64,000 nucleotides of DNA, taken from assembly GCA_035430005.1 (NCBI GenBank), contig DAOMFV010000012.1, positions 591 through 64,590 of the forward strand, written 5' to 3'. The position numbers and the translations under genes were made by a program. Under the pieces are notes generated by a model, which saw nothing but the letters and a program-made list of their open reading frames with translations, was not told the DNA's origin and searched no databases. The DNA comes from Gemmatales bacterium (GTDB lineage Bacteria > Planctomycetota > Planctomycetia > Gemmatales > HRBIN36). Numbering within the stretch: position 1 is the stretch's first letter; each line of letters opens with the position of its first letter. Positions 17,526 through 27,574 of this stretch are shown in pieces.

Positions 17526-19373
17526 ATGTATCCCACGTTTCAAGACATGCAAGACCTCGCTGCCCAGCTTCGAGTCGACAGCATCCGCTGCACGACAACA
17601 GCCGGTTCGGGGCACCCTACCTCGTCCCTCTCCGCCGCCGACCTAATGGCGGTGTTGCAGTCCAAATACTTACGCTTCGACTGGAGCAACCCCAAGCGGC
17701 CCTCCAACGATCGGCTGATCTTCAGCAAGGGGCACGCCTGCCCGCTGCTCTATTCCATGTTCAAGGCTGCAGGGGCGATTGATGATCATGAGTTACTGCT
17801 GCTCCGCAAGAATCGTAGCCGGTTGCAGGGACACCCCAATCCACGGGTGCTGCCTTATGTCGATGTCGCCACCGGTTCTCTCGGAATGGGCCTGGCCATC
17901 GGCGTCGGCATGGCCATCGCCAGCAAGTACCTCGAACAAACCGAGAACCGTGTCTGGGTGCTTATGGGTGACAGCGAGATGGCGGAAGGTTCTGTTTGGG
18001 AAGCGTTCGACAAGGGTTGGACCTACAAGCTCAACCACCTGATCGCCGTGCTCGACATGAATCGCCTCGGACAGCGTGGGCAGACTAACCTGGGTTGGGA
18101 CAGCGCCGCCTACGCCAACCGGGCCAGGGCGTTTGGCTGGCATGCCCTCGAAATCGATGGCCACGACCTTGGGGCCATTGATCGAGCTTTTGACTATGCC
18201 TGCAAGCAGACGGATCGCCCAACGTGCATCATTGCCAAGACGGAGAAGGGCCATGGGGTGCCTGAGATTGCCAACAAGGAAGGCTGGCATGGCAAGGCGT
18301 TGCCGGCAGAGATGGCCGAGAAGGCCGTTGCTGCTCTGGGCGGAGTGAAGAACCGGGTCTTCCCGAACCTGCCGGCGGTGCTCAGCCATCCCCCCAAGAC
18401 GGTGCCACTCAGCCCGCCGAAGCTGCCAAGTTATGCTATGGGGACGAAGGAAGCGACCCGCAAAGCCTTTGGCGACACGCTGGCCCTCCTGGGAAAGAGC
18501 ATGCCTCAACTGGTCGTGCTTGATGCAGAAGTGGGCAACTCCACTTATTCCGAAGAGTTCGGCAAGGTTGATCCTGAGCGTTTCTTTGAGATGTACATTT
18601 CAGAGCAATGCATGGTCAGCGTCGCCAACGGCTTGGCGACGCAAGGCAAGCGCGTCTTCGCCGCGACTTTTGCCGCGTTCCTCACTCGCGCTTACGATCA
18701 GATCCGCATGGCTGCCATCGCCGGGGCTACCCTGTGCCTGAGCGGCTCGCATGCCGGTGTCAGCATTGGTGAAGATGGCCCTTCGCAGATGGCCCTTGAA
18801 GACCTTTCGATGATGCGATCCATCTTCGAATCGACGGTGCTCTATCCGAGCGACCCCAATCAAACCGCCCAACTCATTCAGCAGATGTCAGAATTGGACG
18901 GTATCAGCTACCTGCGCACTACCCGGGAGAAGCTACCGGTGCTCTACGCCCCCACCGAGAAGTTCACGATCGGCGGCAGCAAGACGCTGAAGACCTCGGC
19001 CAAGGATCAGGTCGCCATCATCGCAGCAGGCATCACAGTGCATGAGGCGCTGGCTGCTTACGAGTTGCTCGCCAAAGAGGGCATCGCTATCCGGGTGATT
19101 GATCTCTACTCGGTCAAGCCCGTAGATCGTCAGGCCATCATGCAGGCAGTCAAGGATTGCGGCAAGATCATCACCGTGGAAGACCACTGGCCCGAAGGTG
19201 GCATCGGCGATGCGGTGCTCGAGGCGCTCTCCGGCAAAGACCCCATCAACGCCACCGTACTTAAGATGGCCCCTCGCTCGATGCCCGGTTCAGCCTCCCC
19301 AGCGGAGATGTTGGATAACGAAGGCATCAATGCGGTAGCGATTGTCAAAGCAGTGAAGGGGTTGGTGTCATGA
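17526..19373 (+). CDS. tkt: transketolase
   Basis: Thiamine-diphosphate motif GSGHPTSSLSAADL and the GDSEMAEGSVWEA motif. All three transketolase domains are present. ATG 17526 is preferred over the TTG at 17514. Confidence 0.9.
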   Translation: MYPTFQDMQDLAAQLRVDSIRCTTTAGSGHPTSSLSAADLMAVLQSKYLRFDWSNPKRPSNDRLIFSKGHACPLLYSMFKAAGAIDDHELLLLRKNRSRLQGHPNPRVLPYVDVATGSLGMGLAIGVGMAIASKYLEQTENRVWVLMGDSEMAEGSVWEAFDKGWTYKLNHLIAVLDMNRLGQRGQTNLGWDSAAYANRARAFGWHALEIDGHDLGAIDRAFDYACKQTDRPTCIIAKTEKGHGVPEIANKEGWHGKALPAEMAEKAVAALGGVKNRVFPNLPAVLSHPPKTVPLSPPKLPSYAMGTKEATRKAFGDTLALLGKSMPQLVVLDAEVGNSTYSEEFGKVDPERFFEMYISEQCMVSVANGLATQGKRVFAATFAAFLTRAYDQIRMAAIAGATLCLSGSHAGVSIGEDGPSQMALEDLSMMRSIFESTVLYPSDPNQTAQLIQQMSELDGISYLRTTREKLPVLYAPTEKFTIGGSKTLKTSAKDQVAIIAAGITVHEALAAYELLAKEGIAIRVIDLYSVKPVDRQAIMQAVKDCGKIITVEDHWPEGGIGDAVLEALSGKDPINATVLKMAPRSMPGSASPAEMLDNEGINAVAIVKAVKGLVS

Positions 19374-19377
19374 CTTG

Positions 19378-19418
19378 CTCCCCTCTCCCCACTGGGGAGA
19401 GGGGCTGGGGGTGAGGGG
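19378..19418. repeat. PAL-B element (hairpin + CTGGGGGTGAGGGG tail)
   Basis: The 11-bp stem CCCCTCTCCCC/GGGGAGAGGGG has a 3-nt loop and starts right after the tkt stop. It is followed by CTGGGGGTGAGGGG, which recurs at 31836-31848 and, reverse-complemented, at 39893-39906. Confidence 0.8.
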
Positions 19419-19616
19419 CTTCTTCTTGTGGCGTAGCCCTTCGTGAATGACAGCTCATATTGAGTAACAAGGTTTCATGATTCAGCCCCTTCCCCTTTTC
19501 AGGGGCTGTCAATCGTAGTGTCTCAATCATGTTAATAGGGCGACCGGTCCTGCAAGCCACCACCAATTTGCCTCGACGAGCCACCCAGAGCAGGGTAGAA
19601 TGCTACTACCCTCCTG

Positions 19617-22001
19617 ATGAATAAACCTGCCTGCTTCGTCTGTGTACCTACCGGATTTCTGTGCATGCATACTGTGGTGTTCGCCACTGTGGAGTGCTGT
19701 CTAGCTATGGGCTGCCTGTTGTGGCTCAGTGCTGCCACGCCTACGGCTCTTGAAGCGGCACTGGTTCATGTCGATGAGTATCAGCAGACCATCACCCCGA
19801 TCTTCGCCAAATACTGCATCAGTTGCCATGGCGGGAAGAAGCCCAAGGGCGACTTCAACCTCGAAGATTACAAAGCCCCCGAAGCGCTGATCAAAAAAGT
19901 CGATGTGATGCAGGCAATCCTCAAGAACGTCAAGACCGGCGAGATGCCCCCCGAAGGCAAGCCCCGCCCCACCCGTGCCGAGCTTGATACCCTCACCGGC
20001 TGGCTTGACGGACAGGTCGTCAAAGCCCATCTCAACGGCAAGCGCGATCCAGGCCGGGTGACGATGCGACGGCTCAACCGCAACGAGTACAACAACACCA
20101 TCCGTGATCTCCTGGGTGTCGACTTCAACCCCGCTGACGACTTCCCTCTCGACGACGTAGGCTACGGCTTCGACAACATCGGCGATGTGCTCTCCCTGCC
20201 ACCGCTGCTGCTGGAGAAGTATCTCAACGCCGCTCAGCGCATCGTCGATCAGGCGATGATGCCCAGGCCCGATGCCAACGCCCCCACCTCGCGCCGCTTT
20301 CCGGGCCGGGACATGCTGCCCAAGAATGTCGGTTCTCTGTACGGCAGCAACAAGCAGTTCCGCATGCTCGCCACCAATGGCGAAGTCTTTATCGAGTTCG
20401 ACTTCGATAAATCTGGCAAGTACCTCCTCCGCTTTCGTGCCTTCGGTCAACAGGCAGGCAACGAACCGGCCAAGCTCGATCTCAAGCTCGATGGCAAGCT
20501 GCTCAAGACCTTCGATGTCCGCCCTGTCGAAACCGACACGGATGCCCGCAAGACCTTTGAATACCAGACGTCCATCTCAGCCGGTAAGCACAAGATCAGC
20601 CTTGGCTTCATCAACGACTTCTACGATCCCAATGCCAAAGACGAGAAGCAGCGTGATCGCAACCTGATCATCATGGGGATGGGCATCGAAGGGCCGACCG
20701 ATGCACCCAAGATCGAAGTCAAACACCCGGTACTTATGGTGAAGCCCAGCGACAAGATTACCCCTCGTGATGCTGCCAAGCGTAACCTCGCCCAGTTGGC
20801 CGAGCGTGCCTTCCGCCGACCGGTGACCAGTAGCGAGATCGACAAGTTCCTGACCCTGTTCGACCGAGCGACCAAGCGTGGCGACAACTTCACCGAGGCG
20901 ATGAAGCTGCCAGTGCAGGCGATCCTCATCTCTCCCCATTTCCTGTTCCGGGTCGAACTCGATGGTTCCACCGCTGCGGTACGCCCTCTGACCGATTACG
21001 AACTCGCCTCGCGACTGTCGTACTTCCTCTGGTGCAGCATGCCCGATGAGACGCTTTTCAACCTCGCCAAAGAGGGCAAACTCAAAGACCCCGAAGTGCT
21101 GGCCATCCAGACCCGCCGCATGCTCCGTGATCCCAAGGCGGCAGCCCTGGTTGAGAATTTCGCCGTGCAATGGTTGCAACTGCGGAACCTCAAGAACTCG
21201 ACTCCCGATCCCAAGCGATTCCCTTCGTTCGATGAACCGCTCCGCCAGGCGATGCAGAAGGAGACCGAACTCTTCTTCCTCGAACTGTTGCAAAAGGATC
21301 ACAAGATCAGCGAGTTCCTCGACGCCGACTTCACCTTCGTCAACGATCGCCTGGCCAGGCACTATGGCATCAAGGATGTCAAAGGCACGGAGTTCCGCCG
21401 TGTGAGTATCAAAGACACCCCTCGGCGAGGCGTACTCACCCAGGCCAGCATCCTGACGCTGACGAGCAACCCCACCCGTACTTCACCGGTGAAACGAGGC
21501 AAATGGGTGCTGGAAACGATCATGGGCACCCCGCCCGCCCCACCCCCGCCCGATGTTCCTGAGCTGAAGGAAACGGAAGAACTCAAGGGCACGCTCCGTC
21601 AGCGGATGGAACAGCACCGGGCCAACCCGAACTGTGCCACCTGCCATAACCGAATGGACCCCATAGGCTTCGGGTTCGAGAACTTCGATGCTGTCGGGGC
21701 CTGGCGCACCAAAGACGGCGCCTTCCCCGTCGAACCGGGGGGCACCCTGCCTAATGGCCAATCGTTCCAAACGCCGATGGAACTGGTGGCCCTCCTCAAG
21801 CAGCGCGACGAAGATTTCCGTCGCTGTCTCACCGAAAAGATGATAACCTTTGCTATCGGGCGCGGTTTGGAATCGAGCGACCGGCAATACATCAACGAGA
21901 TCGCCAAAGCCACCCAAAGCCACGGCGATACCATGACCGCCCTCATTCAAGAGATCGTCAAAAGCGAACCATTCCGCCAGCGAAGAACAGCTACGAAATA
22001 G
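19617..22001 (+). CDS. planctomycete cytochrome-c-domain protein of the DUF1587/DUF1592/DUF1595/DUF1588/DUF1585 type
   Basis: It has an N-terminal haem-binding CISCHG motif followed by the long conserved region typical of this family, and is paired with a downstream DUF1552 gene. Confidence 0.8.
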   Translation: MNKPACFVCVPTGFLCMHTVVFATVECCLAMGCLLWLSAATPTALEAALVHVDEYQQTITPIFAKYCISCHGGKKPKGDFNLEDYKAPEALIKKVDVMQAILKNVKTGEMPPEGKPRPTRAELDTLTGWLDGQVVKAHLNGKRDPGRVTMRRLNRNEYNNTIRDLLGVDFNPADDFPLDDVGYGFDNIGDVLSLPPLLLEKYLNAAQRIVDQAMMPRPDANAPTSRRFPGRDMLPKNVGSLYGSNKQFRMLATNGEVFIEFDFDKSGKYLLRFRAFGQQAGNEPAKLDLKLDGKLLKTFDVRPVETDTDARKTFEYQTSISAGKHKISLGFINDFYDPNAKDEKQRDRNLIIMGMGIEGPTDAPKIEVKHPVLMVKPSDKITPRDAAKRNLAQLAERAFRRPVTSSEIDKFLTLFDRATKRGDNFTEAMKLPVQAILISPHFLFRVELDGSTAAVRPLTDYELASRLSYFLWCSMPDETLFNLAKEGKLKDPEVLAIQTRRMLRDPKAAALVENFAVQWLQLRNLKNSTPDPKRFPSFDEPLRQAMQKETELFFLELLQKDHKISEFLDADFTFVNDRLARHYGIKDVKGTEFRRVSIKDTPRRGVLTQASILTLTSNPTRTSPVKRGKWVLETIMGTPPAPPPPDVPELKETEELKGTLRQRMEQHRANPNCATCHNRMDPIGFGFENFDAVGAWRTKDGAFPVEPGGTLPNGQSFQTPMELVALLKQRDEDFRRCLTEKMITFAIGRGLESSDRQYINEIAKATQSHGDTMTALIQEIVKSEPFRQRRTATK

Positions 22002-22006
22002 CTGAA

Positions 22007-22074
22007 TGACAGCCCGACGCGCAAGCGAGGGGCGCGTGCAATCGCAAGGTTCACCCTCGCTAGCGCGTCGGGCT
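22007..22074. repeat. PAL-A palindromic element, copy 3 (core inverted)
   Basis: TGACAGCCCGACGCGCAAGCGAGGG ... CCCTCGCTAGCGCGTCGGGCT. The core GCGCGTGCAATCGCAAGGTTCAC is the reverse complement of the core in copies 1 and 2. Confidence 0.9.
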
Positions 22075-22093
22075 ACCAAACTCAGGACTTAAC

Positions 22094-23407
22094 ATGACCC
22101 AGCCCATGCTCAATCGCCGAACGCTGCTCAAGGGAGTCGGAGCCGCCATTGCACTACCCTTCCTCGAAGGCATGCTGCCTCGAGGCATCATGGCTGCGTC
22201 CACCGAAGCCGCCAAGGCTCCGCTCCGCATGGCCTTCGTCTATGTGCCCAATGGCCTCAACATGGAGAACTTCACTCCAGCTGAGGTGGGCAGCGATTAC
22301 AAGCTCACCCCGCTGCTGAGCAAGCTGGCTGATCACAAGAACGACTTCAGCGTGCTCTCCGGCCTGACCGCTGACAAAGCCCGCGCCAACGGCGATGGCC
22401 CCGGCGACCATGCCCGTGCCATGTCCGCCTTCCTCACCGGTAGCCAGCCCAAGAAGACCAACGGGGCTGACATCCGCATCGGCATGTCGGTCGATCAGGT
22501 CGCTGCCTCCCGGCTGGGCCACCACACCAGGCTCGCTTCGCTCGAAATCGGCTGCGACAAAGGGGCCAACGCCGGCAACTGCGATTCGGGCTACTCCTGC
22601 GCCTACTCGAATAACCTCTCCTGGCGCAGCGAACAAACGCCGATGCCCAAGGAAGTCGATCCCAAGCAGATCTTCGACCGGCTCTACGGCTCACCCAAGA
22701 ACAACGACGACCGGTTGAGTGTCCTCGACGCCGTGAAGGACGACGCCAAGAGCCTGGAAAACCAGCTAGGCGGCGCGGACCGTCGCAAGCTCGATGAGTA
22801 CCTCACCTCCATCCGCGAGATGGAAGGCCGGCTCAACCGCAACAAGAAGGAAGACGCCAGGATCAAGCCGCCCATCGAGAAGCCCACCGGCATCCCGAAG
22901 GAATACAGCGAACACATGAAGACGCTGGCCGATCTACAGGTCCTCGCCTTCCAGGCCGACCTCACCCGCTTCAGCACCTTCGTCTTCGCCAACGAAGGCA
23001 GTAACCGCAGCTACAAGTTCATCGGCGTGCCCGAAGGCCACCACGACTGCTCCCACCACGGCGGCGACAAAGCCAAGCTCGAAAAGATCGCCAAGATCAA
23101 CGAGTTCCACGCCGAGCACCTCAACTACCTCATCACGAAGTTGAAGGCAGTGAAAGAAGGCAACGGCAACCTCCTCGACAACATGATGCTCCTCTACGGC
23201 TCCGGCATCGGCGACGGCAACCGCCACAACCACGATCAGCTACCCATTCTCCTGTTCGGTAAAGGCGGCGGCACGTTGAACCCCGGCCGCCATGTGAAGT
23301 ACGCTTTCAATACGCCGATCACGAATCTGTATGTCGCCATGCTACAACGCCTGGGGATTGAGCAGAAACGGTTTGGGGATAGCAATGGGGTGTTGGGGAA
23401 TTTGTAG
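22094..23407 (+). CDS. DUF1552-domain protein (Tat signal)
   Basis: N-terminal NRRTLLKGVGAAIALPFLE signal and sulfatase-like DUF1552 sequence features. It is the canonical partner of the upstream DUF1592 gene. Confidence 0.8.
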   Translation: MTQPMLNRRTLLKGVGAAIALPFLEGMLPRGIMAASTEAAKAPLRMAFVYVPNGLNMENFTPAEVGSDYKLTPLLSKLADHKNDFSVLSGLTADKARANGDGPGDHARAMSAFLTGSQPKKTNGADIRIGMSVDQVAASRLGHHTRLASLEIGCDKGANAGNCDSGYSCAYSNNLSWRSEQTPMPKEVDPKQIFDRLYGSPKNNDDRLSVLDAVKDDAKSLENQLGGADRRKLDEYLTSIREMEGRLNRNKKEDARIKPPIEKPTGIPKEYSEHMKTLADLQVLAFQADLTRFSTFVFANEGSNRSYKFIGVPEGHHDCSHHGGDKAKLEKIAKINEFHAEHLNYLITKLKAVKEGNGNLLDNMMLLYGSGIGDGNRHNHDQLPILLFGKGGGTLNPGRHVKYAFNTPITNLYVAMLQRLGIEQKRFGDSNGVLGNL

Positions 23408-23456
23408 GCGGGTATGATTGCGAGCGGGGGGCGTCAGCCGCATAAGACGCACACCA

Positions 23457-23726
23457 ATGGTAGTACGGATCGTTCTCGCAGACAAAGAGCCGATAGGCAA
23501 AGCCCTTCGGCGGTTTAAGAAGCTACTGGAACAAACTGGTCAATCCTATGAGATGAGACGCCGCGGAGTGTTCCTCAAATCCTCACAGGAACTCTGGTCA
23601 AAGGATTTCAAGAAGCGGTTCAAAGCACGTAGAGCTACCTTGATCGCACAGGTGGCAGGCAAGCAACCTGTTGCCTCAGTGGCCGAGGCGCAAATAGCGT
23701 TTTGGAAGAAGACTGGTAAACCGTGA
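23457..23726 (+). CDS. rpsU: 30S ribosomal protein S21 (with C-terminal extension)
   Basis: MVVRIVLADKEPIGKALRRFKKLLEQTGQSYEMRRR matches the S21 core (ALRRFKK). The start is placed at ATG 23457. Confidence 0.8.
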   Translation: MVVRIVLADKEPIGKALRRFKKLLEQTGQSYEMRRRGVFLKSSQELWSKDFKKRFKARRATLIAQVAGKQPVASVAEAQIAFWKKTGKP

Positions 23727-23876
23727 ATGTGGCATCGCGCTGGTGCCATAGCCTTGCTGACTATGCCTTGGTGCTAGGACACATTCTTTGCGCTATGAAA
23801 GATTGACTTCTCTTTTACAAAAGCACAGAATTGGCTTCACCACAGAAGAGCATTCAAGTAATAAGAAAGACAAGCA

Positions 23877-24659
23877 ATGGCCAAAGAACTGACATGGCGA
23901 AAGGCTATCGAAAAAGTCCTGAGTGAAGCTCCCGGAGCGATGCATTATAAAGATATTACCGAGAAGATTATTCAAGATGGGCTTCGTTCAAGTCTTGGAG
24001 CCACACCTGAACGAACCGTTGTGAGTGCAGCCATCACGGCAATCAAGAACGAAGGTGATGAGTGTCCGTTCCAGAAGATAGGTAGAGGCCTTTTGGTCTG
24101 GAAGGCCAAGGCGGGAATTACTCAGAAGCCCAGTGTTCCAGTGGAAGAGGTTGAGGAGGATCAGGAGGTTCAATATGAGATTATCTCTTCTTTTGGGATG
24201 TTCTGGCGACGTGATGCTATTGAATGGATGTCTACGCCAAAACTTCTCGGCATGCAACAAATTGGAGCGAAGGCGGTCGATTTCCACAAGCAGGTTGGTA
24301 TCTATCTTCTTTACGACGGAAGAGAAGTGATCTACGTTGGGCGAGCCACTGACCGGCCATTGGGAAGACGTCTTTTTGAGCATACAGCTGACAGGCTTTC
24401 AACTAGGTGGGATCGGTTTTCGTGGTTTGGTCTCCTCCCAGTTTCTGAAGCCGGCGAGTTAGGCAGTGTGCCAGAGTCCTATCTCGGAATGAAGATTGTC
24501 CCAGCAGTTGAAGCCATATTGATCGAAGCTTTAGAACCTCGTCAAAACCGAAAGCGAGGAGATGACCTTTCGGCTGTTGAGTACATTCAGAAAGAAGATC
24601 CAGAAATCCAGAGGAAAAAGGTAAAGCAAAGTGTGGAAGTTGCTCTTAGCAAATTATGA
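23877..24659 (+). CDS. HARE-HTH (RpoE-delta-like winged helix) + GIY-YIG nuclease fusion
   Basis: The N-terminus ELTWRKAIEKVLSEAPGAMHYKDITEKI is HARE-HTH-like. The C-terminal half carries GIY-YIG hallmarks: GIYLLYDGREVIYVGRA, RRLFEH, LIEALEPRQNRK. The gene is visibly AT-richer than its neighbours. Confidence 0.7.
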   Translation: MAKELTWRKAIEKVLSEAPGAMHYKDITEKIIQDGLRSSLGATPERTVVSAAITAIKNEGDECPFQKIGRGLLVWKAKAGITQKPSVPVEEVEEDQEVQYEIISSFGMFWRRDAIEWMSTPKLLGMQQIGAKAVDFHKQVGIYLLYDGREVIYVGRATDRPLGRRLFEHTADRLSTRWDRFSWFGLLPVSEAGELGSVPESYLGMKIVPAVEAILIEALEPRQNRKRGDDLSAVEYIQKEDPEIQRKKVKQSVEVALSKL

Positions 24660-25422
24660 TCTCTGCGGAGCCAAAGTGTACTATTCCAACGGCAGGGCAG
24701 CACGACTTTGAATACCCCCACTTGCCGTGGCACTGAACTGCTGTACTCAGCAGATCAGTGCTGAACCACGCAACGATGATGCCCCCAACCACTGATCGGT
24801 GGACTACCACCGTTCAGTGCCACAATCCATTCCCTTCTTGTACACTAGCCGAATAATATACTGATGTACAATTAGGGTAGAGAGTAGAGTGAGCGTCTTC
24901 AAAGATGCGAGAACTTCATTCCCATGCCTGAAGGGCATTACCACCAAAGCCCTGGGTTGCGATGTACTCATCGCTACCCAGGGTGCCTCTTCATTACCCA
25001 AGGTAGCCGAGAGTACTCGGCAACCTTGGGCTGTGGAGGCGATGCCTTTCAGGCAAAATAAAACACCAACTATCAGGGCCGCTCACCCGAGACAGCACGC
25101 GCGCACCCAGACAGCAGCTAATCCCTTTCCACTCAGACCTGAATTATGCCTACCGCAAAACCCTGTTCACTACTGAACAGTTCACCTGGCACTCCACCCA
25201 ACCCGCGCGCGCACGGCGCTGCGGTAGTTGAACCCTGCTACACCCCACCCCACCCCGGAATCAACTTGTGGAGTTCTCTGGCCTCTGCGCATCTCCACAT
25301 CTTCAATTCTTGAAGTTGAACCCACCGAAACAGGCGCGCGCACAGCACTGCGGCAGGTCATTTTGGCAGGTGTTCACTAGTGTACAAGCAAATCATCTCA
25401 CCCAGACAACTGAAGGGAACCC

Positions 25423-26208
25423 ATGTCGACAGGGGCACAATACGACACCATTGGCCAGGGATACTCGAAGACCAGGCGTGAGGAACCTTCCTTTCGAGAG
25501 AGGATTCATGCCGCTCTGGGCAGTGCCCGAACCGTGGTGAACGTCGGAGCAGGGGCCGGTTCCTACGAGCCGCGCGACCGCTATGTGGTAGCTATCGAAC
25601 CCAGCGATGTCATGGCTGCACAGAGATCAAGCGGGCTGGTCCCGGCAATCCGTGCTGGCGCCGGTGATCTGCCCCTCCGAGATAAGTCGGTCGATGCCGC
25701 GATGGCTGTGCTCAGTCTCCACCACTGGGACGACTGGAAGAAGGGCTTGAGCGAACTCCGCAGGGTGGCTCGAGGCCCGGTCGTCCTGCTGACCTACGAT
25801 GTCGAAGTATGTGTGCGCATGTGGCTGTTGGCCGACTACGCCCCGGAGATCGCCGAGTTGGACCGTCGCATCTTTCCCGATCCGAAGCAGTTGGGACACT
25901 GGCTCGGAGGGCAGTTGACCATCGAGGTCGTGCCTATCCCTCGAAATTGTGCAGACTGGATGGTGGGTTCCTTCTGGGCACACCCGGAACGGGTTCTCGA
26001 CCCGACCGCACGAGCAGGAACATCGGCGTTCGCCAGACTGTCGCCCGATGTTGTGGAGCGAATCGTTTCCGAAGTCTCGCGCGATCTGAAGTCTGGCACC
26101 TGGGACGCACGCTACGGGCATCTGCGAAAGCTCGATTTTTTTGATGCAGGGCTTCGCTTAGTCATTGCAACGTGCGCGGATGGACCGAGCAACTCGAGTG
26201 TGGCATAA
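25423..26208 (+). CDS. class I SAM-dependent methyltransferase
   Basis: SAM-binding motif I VVNVGAGAGSYEP and a downstream acidic loop. Its size and layout match small-molecule Methyltransf_11-type enzymes. Confidence 0.8.
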   Translation: MSTGAQYDTIGQGYSKTRREEPSFRERIHAALGSARTVVNVGAGAGSYEPRDRYVVAIEPSDVMAAQRSSGLVPAIRAGAGDLPLRDKSVDAAMAVLSLHHWDDWKKGLSELRRVARGPVVLLTYDVEVCVRMWLLADYAPEIAELDRRIFPDPKQLGHWLGGQLTIEVVPIPRNCADWMVGSFWAHPERVLDPTARAGTSAFARLSPDVVERIVSEVSRDLKSGTWDARYGHLRKLDFFDAGLRLVIATCADGPSNSSVA

Positions 26209-26256
26209 CGAACCTGCACATGGTACGCTGAGGCACCCAGCCACGGAGCAATCATC

Positions 26257-26442
26257 ATGAAAGCCAAACCACCCAGCAAACTCAAAGACGGCGATCGCTG
26301 CAAAGTGATCGGCGGCGTGCATGTGGGCAAATCAGGGAAGGTCACCGACATCAAGACCAGCAAAACAGGGCACGTGACCATTACCGTGGTGCAATCGAAC
26401 GGCGAACGATTCAAGACGCTGGCGAAGAATGTTGAAGTTTAG
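26257..26442 (+). CDS. small KOW-motif-like protein
   Basis: 61-aa ORF with a GGAGCA Shine-Dalgarno sequence. DGDRCKVIGGVHVGKSGKVTDI resembles a KOW/SH3-like motif. Confidence 0.45.
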   Translation: MKAKPPSKLKDGDRCKVIGGVHVGKSGKVTDIKTSKTGHVTITVVQSNGERFKTLAKNVEV

Positions 26443-26684
26443 GCCAGGTAACTTAGCTTTAATGCTCGGGCCGTCTCACAGATGTGCCTTCATGGCAATA
26501 CTGTCTTCACTTCATGAATAAGATGCTTGGGTATCATTCTATTACGACGAGTTAACTGGAATGCCAGGATGATTGGGTTGTATGGGTAAAATAGACTTTT
26601 CCATTATTTAGCGCTTGCCACATAATTATTGCCCAGTAAAAGTAGTTAAGCGTTTATCACTCTTCACCTAACGGAGTACACACC

Positions 26685-27548
26685 ATGCGAACGAACTTCA
26701 AGCCCACCTTGGATCTACTGGAAGACCGAACGGTTCCAGCCGTCACTTTAACGTTCTCGGCCAATGGCTATGCCGTCTTTACAGGCGACAGCAGTAAGGA
26801 TTGGGTCAAGATCGATGCCAGTCTCGATGGGGATCGCCTCTTGACTGCTCAATGGAATGGCAAGAATGGCGTGACCAAGACAGCCGTTCTCGATCTGGAT
26901 GAAACCCCTATCGCTGGTGCAGTGGTCAATCTGAAGGGTGGCGATGACATCTTCATATTCCGGAACCTGGACGACGGTTTTGCGGTCGAACAGAGCTTCG
27001 GCTTGTGGGTAGATATGGGTAATGGCAATGACAGGGTAATCGTCGCGCAAAATCAGAACATTGAAGGCGAAGGCACCGTCGCCACCTTGAACATTCAGGG
27101 TGGATCGGGCAGGGATAACATCAACGTGCAGTTCGCCGGCAACCTGCTAGGCGGCGCTACGCTGACCGGCACGATTGATGGTGGTGCCCACGACGACAAT
27201 ATTCTGGTCGCTCAATCGGGCATTGTTGATGGCACCGTCGCCTTGAACATCTTTGGCAGCCATGGTAACGACACCATCCGCTCCAGCTTCTTCGCTACTA
27301 ACCCGGAAGACGAAGACTTTTTCGGGTCCGTCCGAGTGAATGTCGATGGCGGCAGTGGTTACAATTCATTAACCCTGCTTGCATCCGCAGATGAAGGTGC
27401 AGTAGTCGATGCTGCCCTGAACATTTATGCCAGCAGCAGGGATGGCGTCTACTTCACTCCCGGCGTGGGAATCCACGGCCCAGTAAAGGCCTCCAACTGG
27501 CATCCATTCGCCTTCCATAACTTTGTCACCATCCCCAGCGTCATCTAA
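26685..27548 (+). CDS. secreted Ca-binding-repeat (RTX-like GGxGxD) protein with N-terminal LEDRTVP motif
   Basis: TLDLLEDRTVPA near the N-terminus, and repeated motifs GGDDIF, GNGNDRV, GGSGRDNI, GGAHDDNI, GSHGNDTI and GGSGYNSL. Confidence 0.65.
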   Translation: MRTNFKPTLDLLEDRTVPAVTLTFSANGYAVFTGDSSKDWVKIDASLDGDRLLTAQWNGKNGVTKTAVLDLDETPIAGAVVNLKGGDDIFIFRNLDDGFAVEQSFGLWVDMGNGNDRVIVAQNQNIEGEGTVATLNIQGGSGRDNINVQFAGNLLGGATLTGTIDGGAHDDNILVAQSGIVDGTVALNIFGSHGNDTIRSSFFATNPEDEDFFGSVRVNVDGGSGYNSLTLLASADEGAVVDAALNIYASSRDGVYFTPGVGIHGPVKASNWHPFAFHNFVTIPSVI

Positions 27549-27574
27549 GACCGCACATGATCAGTGACCCATCG

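Noticed and set aside
24727-24745. TGGCAC-N5-TGCT sigma54-like box
   Set aside because: The GG-to-GC spacing is one nucleotide short of canonical, and the nearest downstream + strand gene is about 680 nt away.
24838-25387. 12-bp inverted repeat CTTGTACACTAG / CTAGTGTACAAG enclosing ~550 bp (possible MITE or IS remnant)
   Set aside because: A 12-mer inverted repeat within 600 bp is expected about once or twice by chance in 64 kb, by my rough estimate. There is no target-site duplication and no transposase remnant.
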